Source: Arenicellales bacterium (GTDB lineage: Bacteria > Pseudomonadota > Gammaproteobacteria > Arenicellales > Poriferihabitantaceae). Taken from it: 64,000 nucleotides of DNA. The DNA is taken from assembly GCA_965116335.1 (NCBI GenBank), contig OZ220677.1:16834-80833 (forward strand). Direction: 5' to 3'. Within the stretch, counting starts at the first letter, position 1; the number at the start of each line of letters is the position of its first letter. Below are positions 57,623 to 64,000 of the stretch, in pieces. The translations under genes and the position numbers were made by a program. The notes below the pieces were generated by a model. The model made no database searches and was not told the DNA's origin. It was given only the letters and a program-made list of their open reading frames with translations.

Positions 57623-58903
57623 TTACTCTGAGTCCAGATAATTGCTGTACCATAGACTGCCGAGTGGCAATTCCTCCTCTACCAGAGCTTTAACAACCGG
57701 GTTGTCGCTGGCCCTTCGGATTTGTGAAAAACCGTCCGATTTTTTCTCCAGTATCCATGTTTCTGTCGTATCGAGCGCATTTACGAAATAGGGCTGATGG
57801 GTTGTAACGAATATCTGCGGTGCAGTCGTCTTGCCGGTTGCATGTGAACGAAATTCATCAGCCAGAATTTCAAGAAGTTGGTGATACAGGCCGTTTTCAG
57901 GTTCTTCAATGCAAATGAATGGGGGTGGTGTCGGGTCTTCAAGCAGAAGAAGATAGGCAAAGATTTTGAGCGTGCCGTCCGACATTTGTTGGGCATAGAA
58001 CGGGTCCTGGAAATTTTTGTCATTGAACCGCAAAAGTAACCGTTTGTCCGGGCTTGTTTCTGTATCAATACTCTCGATGCCCGGGATTTTCCCGGCAATA
58101 CGATTCAGAACATTTCTAAAACGGGTGGGGTGCTCACGTTCCATAAATTGCACTACGTTGCCGAGATTATCGCCGTGGGCATTCAAATGTCTCTGCGGGC
58201 CAGCCAGGGGCAGACTGCGTGCAGAATCGGGGGTAAAGTAACTCAGGTGCCAGCCCTCAATGAATTGCCGAAAAGCCGATATGCGCGGATGCTGTTTCAA
58301 TGTGCCCAGAGTGGCAATTCCCAGCCTGCGTTTATCCTCTAACTCAGTCATTTCTACTGCACTGCTTTCTTCTGCCTGGTTCCCAAAAAAGAATTTCTCA
58401 AATTCATAAAAAGGCGAATCTTGATTGTTTGCCGCGCTTAATTCCTCTCCTTTCCAAGCCATCCCCCTGCCTTCGTTCAACCAGAGAAACGAAAGAGGCC
58501 GTCCGCGTCTTTGTCCTTGACGACGTTGACGGAGACGTTCTTCTTTGACATAAGGACGGCCAGTTTTGTCCGTATCAATAGAGAATTCGTAAGTGATAGG
58601 GCGGGAAGACTTACTCTGTCGGTAATAGATCTGAAACTCAATGGGGTCACTGCATCCCTGAGAGCGGATTCGGTCAAATCCTCCGCGACCTCTGGTGTCA
58701 CATGCCTCTTCAACACCCAGCTTCAGGCAATCAGCAAGGAAACCGAAAACATCGAACAACGTACTTTTCCCGGAGCCATTCTTTCCGATAACGACTGTCA
58801 GGGGGGTTAATGGGTGGATTTTTTGTGTGTCCCACAATTTCCCCAGTGTTACATCCTTTAACACGCCGTAGTTTCTGATATTCAGTCCCTCTATTTTCGC
58901 CAT
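57623..58903 (-). CDS. AAA_21 / ABC-type ATPase
   Basis: IGKNGSGKST (Walker A), MSDGT signature, ICIEEPENGLY (Walker B), FVTTHQP (H-loop). Confidence 0.92.
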   Translation of the reverse strand: MAKIEGLNIRNYGVLKDVTLGKLWDTQKIHPLTPLTVVIGKNGSGKSTLFDVFGFLADCLKLGVEEACDTRGRGGFDRIRSQGCSDPIEFQIYYRQSKSSRPITYEFSIDTDKTGRPYVKEERLRQRRQGQRRGRPLSFLWLNEGRGMAWKGEELSAANNQDSPFYEFEKFFFGNQAEESSAVEMTELEDKRRLGIATLGTLKQHPRISAFRQFIEGWHLSYFTPDSARSLPLAGPQRHLNAHGDNLGNVVQFMEREHPTRFRNVLNRIAGKIPGIESIDTETSPDKRLLLRFNDKNFQDPFYAQQMSDGTLKIFAYLLLLEDPTPPPFICIEEPENGLYHQLLEILADEFRSHATGKTTAPQIFVTTHQPYFVNALDTTETWILEKKSDGFSQIRRASDNPVVKALVEEELPLGSLWYSNYLDSE

Positions 58904-58987
58904 GATCTTTTTCCCGTTCCCCACTACCGACTTATCTGTAACGGACAGGCACAGTGACCGCTCCCTGTGAGCCTGAGTTGTCTGCTG

Positions 58988-59383
58988 TTAAGAGGAGAAG
59001 CGTTTTTTGATATAGTGTTTTATGGAGGAGCGTTGCCACCAGGATAATTTCTGCCCGATCGTTCCTGACTTTTTCAGGTCGCGTTTCAGGTCGGGCCACA
59101 CTTCGCCAACTTTTTCCGGGTTCAGTTCGAGACTGGCATACGGGCAGGAGTCGCAAACCACTCTCTCCAGAAATAATTTCTTGCCGGTGTCGTACTTGGA
59201 GACATAGTTGCCGGATGCTGCGCCATCTCCGCCGCCACCGGAACCCCCAGAGCCGCCGGAACCACCCCCGGAGCTACCGCCTCCGCCAGACGCCAGGGCC
59301 AGAGTACAGACCAGACAACCTGAAACTATGATACCTTTCGCGATGTTTATATTCTTGCTGTACCTGTATGCACTCATTGACAT
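58988..59383 (-). CDS. Small exported protein with Gly/Ser linker and CxxCP motif
   Basis: Hydrophobic leader, SGGGGSSGGGSGG linker, YDTGKKLFLERVVCDSCP. Confidence 0.6.
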   Translation of the reverse strand: MSMSAYRYSKNINIAKGIIVSGCLVCTLALASGGGGSSGGGSGGSGGSGGGGDGAASGNYVSKYDTGKKLFLERVVCDSCPYASLELNPEKVGEVWPDLKRDLKKSGTIGQKLSWWQRSSIKHYIKKRFSS

Positions 59384-59460
59384 GGCTACCCCCTCTAGTG
59401 TCGGAGTTCAATCGTTGTGAATCAAAAGCAATAATATCATGCTGATTACTGAAATTGGAC

Positions 59461-60771
59461 ATGGTTAATCCGGTTAGTTCCATTCGATTGCCGTTTCTGA
59501 TCCATATTCTGGCGGGGACGCTGGTTGCGACGGGTTACGTCTTCCTGGCTATCCGCTCAAACACTTCGTCTGGAGGTGCGGATCTGTTCGATTTTCTGAC
59601 CGGATACTGGTGGGTCGCAGCGGTTATCGCGGGTTATTGGTTCTGGTTGCGGGGCAGGCAGATTTCCTTAAGTTTCTGGCCGATTTTCCTGTGGGCGGTG
59701 TTGTTTCGGCTGATCGGTGTCTGGGGACAGCCGATACTCGAAGATGATTTCTACAGATACCTGCTGGACGGGTGCCTTTTTATATCTACTGGCTCGCCTT
59801 ATGGTATCGCGCCGTCTTCTCTTTTTATCGACAATTCCCTGTCGAGTGCATGTGAAGCCACATTGAGCGGAGTGAATAACCCGGGCCTGCCCACAATTTA
59901 CGCTCCCTTCCTGCAATATGTATTCGCTCTGTCCCATCTGCTGTCGCCTGCGAATGTCGATGTTCTGCAGCTCATCATGGCGATTTTTGATCTGGCTGTA
60001 ATCTGGCTGTTGGGCAGGAGCCTGTCTGTCCCTGTCCAGTATGTATTGTTGTACGCCTGGTGCCCGCTGGCGCTTAAAGAATTCGCCTTTACGGCGCACC
60101 CGGACATTATCGGCGCCTGCCTTTTGCTGGCTGCGTTTGTCGCGCGCAAAAACAGTCGTACTGTGGTGGCCTGTGTTCTGCTTGGTCTCGCCATCTGTAC
60201 AAAAGTATTCGCGGTACTGGCACTACCTTTTTTCCTGTACCGGCAGCGGTTGCGTTATTGGGCTATCACATTGGGTGTCATTGCCCTGTTGTATTTGCCG
60301 TTTCTGTTCCAGGGGCAGACGGATATGCCTGTGCTTGGGACATTCATTGAACACTGGACTTTCAATCCATTGCTGTTTGATCTCGCGCTGACCCTGGCAC
60401 CTGATCGGTTGGCGAGAATTTTGTGTGCGGCCCTGTTCCTTACCTGGTTTGGTTTTTATCTGGTGCGCTACAATCGGCAATGTGAGGCGACTGAAATACC
60501 CAGAATGGATTGGGTGTTCGGGATGTTTCTGTTGTTGTCGCCGGTGGTTAATCCATGGTATCTGATCTGGTTGCTGCCTTATGCGGCACTGTATCCATCT
60601 TGCTGGGCCTGGACTGCTTCTGTTTTCGTGTCGTTGTCCTACGTGACCGGGCTGAATCTGGCGGACCCGGAGTTGCGGGCTTACCAGGTTGCCGCGCCTG
60701 CCCGGATTATCGAGATGGCGGGCATCGCGGTCGCGCTGCTGACCGATTACCGGCGGGGCAGGTTTCGGTGA
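59461..60771 (+). CDS. Polytopic GT-C (GT87/DUF2029-like) glycosyltransferase
   Basis: LEDDFYRYLLDG...SPY, PTIYAP, YAWCPLA..EF...AHPD, VVNPWYLIW. Confidence 0.75.
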   Translation: MVNPVSSIRLPFLIHILAGTLVATGYVFLAIRSNTSSGGADLFDFLTGYWWVAAVIAGYWFWLRGRQISLSFWPIFLWAVLFRLIGVWGQPILEDDFYRYLLDGCLFISTGSPYGIAPSSLFIDNSLSSACEATLSGVNNPGLPTIYAPFLQYVFALSHLLSPANVDVLQLIMAIFDLAVIWLLGRSLSVPVQYVLLYAWCPLALKEFAFTAHPDIIGACLLLAAFVARKNSRTVVACVLLGLAICTKVFAVLALPFFLYRQRLRYWAITLGVIALLYLPFLFQGQTDMPVLGTFIEHWTFNPLLFDLALTLAPDRLARILCAALFLTWFGFYLVRYNRQCEATEIPRMDWVFGMFLLLSPVVNPWYLIWLLPYAALYPSCWAWTASVFVSLSYVTGLNLADPELRAYQVAAPARIIEMAGIAVALLTDYRRGRFR

Positions 60772-60781
60772 GGCGCGGGAT

Positions 60782-61489
60782 TTAGTGGAGACTTTGCGGT
60801 TTGGGCGAGACCGCCAGGCGTATGATCCAGTAGAAAATCCGGTATCCGGCCATCAGCGAACCCCACAGTGTGCCGGATACTTTGGATTTTCCCATCCTGG
60901 GCCGGTAACGCACCGGCACTTGCAGAATTGTGGCTCCGGCTCGCGAAGCCTTTAGTTGCATTTCTGCTGTCCAACCGAAACTTTTATCTTCCACTTGCAG
61001 TCTGCTCAGTGTGCTTTTGCTCAGGCATCGCATCGGCCCTAAATCTTCGTAGTAAAAACCATGCAGCAGTCGAATGGCGCGACAAGCTATTTGTGTTCCC
61101 CATCTCTGGTGACGAAACAGACCGCCCGGAGCGTCCCGGTCCTCGCGCCTGCAACCGATCGAAAGATCACAATGATGATATGCCACCGGCCTCAGTAATT
61201 TGGCCAGATCCTGAGGATAGTCGCTGTAGTCACCGTCTATAAAAGCCAGGATGTCGGTATCGCCAGCTGCCAGAATCCCGGTCAAACAGGCTTTGCCGTA
61301 ACCTTTCTGTGGTTCTCCAATTACTCTCGCTCCTGCCCGTTCAGCCCGGATGGCTGTTGCGTCCCGCGAGGCGTTATCGACCACCAGAACCTGATCCACG
61401 CAGTCGGGAAGATCATGGATTACGCTGGCTATGGATTCTTCCTCGTCCAGTGCCGGTATGATGACGGTAATGTGTCGATGATTGATCAT
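60782..61489 (-). CDS. Glycosyltransferase family 2
   Basis: VIIPALDEE, VVDNASRD, GYGKACL, FIDGDYSD, DLGPMR, GWTAEMQLKA, YRPRMGKSKVSGT. Confidence 0.92.
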   Translation of the reverse strand: MINHRHITVIIPALDEEESIASVIHDLPDCVDQVLVVDNASRDATAIRAERAGARVIGEPQKGYGKACLTGILAAGDTDILAFIDGDYSDYPQDLAKLLRPVAYHHCDLSIGCRREDRDAPGGLFRHQRWGTQIACRAIRLLHGFYYEDLGPMRCLSKSTLSRLQVEDKSFGWTAEMQLKASRAGATILQVPVRYRPRMGKSKVSGTLWGSLMAGYRIFYWIIRLAVSPKPQSLH

Positions 61490-62304
61490 GACTGTATTTC
61501 GTTCAGTTTCCAGTCGTATTCATAATCGCTGATTTTCCTGAAAGTTTCCAGTTCCCGTGCCAGATCGGGTTCGGCATACTGTATGAAATGCTCGATGATC
61601 TCGCGGTTGCTGTCACCGAAATCTCCTGCGTACCAGTCAAAAATACTGGACACGATCAATTTGTCTCCATCAATGGTGACTCCTCGTGGATGATTGATGT
61701 ACTGCCTCGCGGCATCATCCAGCAGGTTCTCGATATTGTCTGCCGTAAAGGCCGTCGCCTGCAGGTTGGGGCAGCCGATGGACGCGCAATTCACTGCATA
61801 GTGAATCCGGTTGTCCTGAAAAACGGGGCGCAGGATTTCATGCTCGATATCATCCAGGCTGAGTTTCATCCCTTCGACTGTAACCAGTTTTTCTTTCCAC
61901 GGGCCGCGCGACAGCAGGCTATAGGAAATCTTGCGAATGCTTTTTACCGGATAATTGTCGAGAATCACTTTTATCGTCACCGCGTTATACAGGTTTATCC
62001 AGTAGGCATACTGCTGTTTCCGGTTTAGGTCCGTTACGATTACGGACTGCAATCTGTCGAGATAGCCCTCCAACTCCTCCCGGTCTGCCGGAGTTACAGC
62101 CGAATAGCGGAAGTAATTCAATCCCTGTTCTTCCTCAATATAGGTAGTCAGTAGCCGATTCCAGCTGTTATGGTCTATCGTGATTTCACTGTCCGCGTTT
62201 GAGTGGCTCCAGTATTGCGCCAGTTTCGAGTCTGCATAAGAATTGCAGGATAGTGTAATGAGTAGGAGAAAAACACCTGAAAGGGTATGTCGCGCTGTAT
62301 TCAT
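61486..62304 (-). CDS. DUF547 domain-containing secreted protein
   Basis: Signal peptide; YAYWINLYNA, LSLDDIEHEILR, RIHYAVNCASIGCPNL, SSIFDWYAGDF, YDWKLN. Confidence 0.9.
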   Translation of the reverse strand: MNTARHTLSGVFLLLITLSCNSYADSKLAQYWSHSNADSEITIDHNSWNRLLTTYIEEEQGLNYFRYSAVTPADREELEGYLDRLQSVIVTDLNRKQQYAYWINLYNAVTIKVILDNYPVKSIRKISYSLLSRGPWKEKLVTVEGMKLSLDDIEHEILRPVFQDNRIHYAVNCASIGCPNLQATAFTADNIENLLDDAARQYINHPRGVTIDGDKLIVSSIFDWYAGDFGDSNREIIEHFIQYAEPDLARELETFRKISDYEYDWKLNEIQS

Positions 62305-62510
62305 AATATGTATATTCGTTGTGGGTCGGGATTATTTATGGTTCTGTCTGCATGGTATGACAGTGGAATCAGTGATTAGTGCATTTTATCCGCTTGACTC
62401 ATGTAATCCTTAAATCTGGATGCGGAGGCAATGCCTGTGGCTACCTCAGGTTTCGGATTTGTCATGAATCCGGGGTGGCGACAGGCGGGTTTATTGACTA
62501 TAGTCCGGTT

Positions 62511-64000
62511 ATGAGTGAACGATTTGACTACATTATTGTCGGTGCTGGTTCGGCTGGCTGTGTGCTGGCTAACCGGCTTTCGGAAAATCCCGATGTCCGC
62601 ATCCTGTTGCTTGAATACGGTGGCCGGGACAACAGTATCTTCATTCAGATGCCGACCGCATTGTCCATTCCAATGAATACGAATCGGTTTGCCTGGCAGT
62701 TTTATAGTGAACCGGAACCCTTCCTCGACAATCGAAGGATGCACTGTCCCAGGGGCAAGGCGCTCGGTGGCTCTTCTTCTATCAACGGTATGGTCTATGT
62801 GCGCGGGCATGCGATGGACTACGAGGAGTGGGCCGAGCAGGGGGCGCAGGGGTGGGACTATCGGCATTGCCTGCCTTATTTCAGGAAGGCGGATGACTGG
62901 AAGTTCGGTAGCGACGAGTATCGTAGTCAGGGTGGGCCGTTCGCGGTCAACAATGGTAATGAGATGAAGAACCCGTTGTATCGCGCATTTATAGAGGCAG
63001 GTATTGAGGCCGGTTATGCCCATACTGAAGATTATAACGGGTTCCGCCAGGAAGGTTTTGGCGCGATGCACATGAACGTCAAAAATGGCGTTCGCTGGTC
63101 TGCTGCCAACGCCTATCTGAAGCCGGCCATTCGGCGCGCCAACCTGAAAGTGGTGACGAGAGCGTTGACTCAGCGCATTGTCCTCGACAACAAAAAAGCC
63201 ACCGGCATTGAATATCAGGTCGGTGACCAGCATCATGTCGTCAAAGCTGACAGAGAAGTGATCCTGAGCGCTGGTTCGGTCGGGTCTCCACAGTTGTTGC
63301 AGATATCCGGGATCGGTCCATCGGATGTGCTGAAGGAGGCCGGGGTCCAGGTGATTCACGACTTGCCCGGCGTCGGCGGCAATCTGCAGGATCACCTGGA
63401 ATTTTACTTCCAGTTTCGTTGCAGGAAGAAAATCACGCTGAACGGGAAACTGGACATCTGGAATAAATTTCTGATCGGCGCCAGATGGTATCTGTTCAAG
63501 ACCGGGCTGGGTGCCACCAATCATTTCGAGTCCTGTGCGTTTATTCGCTCCCGCGCCGGAATCAAGGCGCCCGACATTCAATACCATTTCCTGCCGGCGG
63601 CGATGAGATACGATGGCAGAGCCGCCTTTGATGGTCATGGGTTTCAGGTTCATGTGGGGCACAACAAGCCATCCAGTCGGGGACGAATCCATATCCGGTC
63701 TCGTGAGCCATTGGACAAGCCATCCATCTTGTTCAACTACCTGCGGACTGAAGCGGACCGGCAGGGGTTCAGGCAATGTGTCCGATTGACCAGAGAGATT
63801 ATGGCGCAACCAGCCATGCGGGACTATCGTGGCGCTGAGATACAGCCGGGTGAATCCATATCCAGTGATGATGAAATCGACGCCTGGGTCAGGCAGAATG
63901 TGGAGAGCGCCTATCATCCCTCCTGTAGCTGCAAGATGGGAAATGATGAGTCGGCTGTGGTTGATTCCGAAACCCGGGTGCGGGGGATTGATGGCTTGAG
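62511..64000 (+). CDS. betA: Choline dehydrogenase (GMC oxidoreductase), 3' partial; not in the ORF track
   Basis: Hand translation [25 protein letters not shown]...[12 protein letters not shown]...[21 protein letters not shown]...NLQDHLE...[11 protein letters not shown] runs off the window. Confidence 0.93.
   Translation, partial: MSERFDYIIVGAGSAGCVLANRLSENPDVRILLLEYGGRDNSIFIQMPTALSIPMNTNRFAWQFYSEPEPFLDNRRMHCPRGKALGGSSSINGMVYVRGHAMDYEEWAEQGAQGWDYRHCLPYFRKADDWKFGSDEYRSQGGPFAVNNGNEMKNPLYRAFIEAGIEAGYAHTEDYNGFRQEGFGAMHMNVKNGVRWSAANAYLKPAIRRANLKVVTRALTQRIVLDNKKATGIEYQVGDQHHVVKADREVILSAGSVGSPQLLQISGIGPSDVLKEAGVQVIHDLPGVGGNLQDHLEFYFQFRCRKKITLNGKLDIWNKFLIGARWYLFKTGLGATNHFESCAFIRSRAGIKAPDIQYHFLPAAMRYDGRAAFDGHGFQVHVGHNKPSSRGRIHIRSREPLDKPSILFNYLRTEADRQGFRQCVRLTREIMAQPAMRDYRGAEIQPGESISSDDEIDAWVRQNVESAYHPSCSCKMGNDESAVVDSETRVRGIDGL

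Noticed and set aside
62376-63917. 513-aa minus-strand ORF
   Set aside because: Antisense shadow of betA, which has unambiguous GMC motifs on the plus strand.

Overview
A GC-rich bacterial window whose housekeeping genes look gammaproteobacterial (mrcB, gltX, dapD, ccmA-I, panC, gph-ubiG-mtaD, ffs-dnaX, betA). Methylamine, choline and ectoine-type catabolic genes, a large Calx-beta surface protein, several toxin-antitoxin pairs and dense REP-like repeats suggest a marine host-associated (possibly sponge) bacterium; that is inference only. The standout locus is an apparent operon at 8368-12788: two paralogous collagen-like trimeric autotransporter adhesins rich in Gly-Pro-Pro, two different cytoplasmic 2OG-Fe(II) dioxygenases resembling prolyl hydroxylases, and a SecB chaperone, behind a promoter with a palindromic operator and a (CCAG)13 microsatellite. 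The hypothesis is a system that hydroxylates and exports an animal-like surface collagen. Also present: three IS elements with hand-resolved ends and target duplications (IS3 inside a REP, an rve-type IS inside the ccm operon, IS5 inside a DUF4276 gene); a ~1.5 kb tandem duplication whose secreted-protein copies are in frame (C17) or out of frame (C13) at a poly-C tract; a ccmH frameshift; and a duplicated promoter. All assignments come from motif recognition and hand alignment; no database searches were run.
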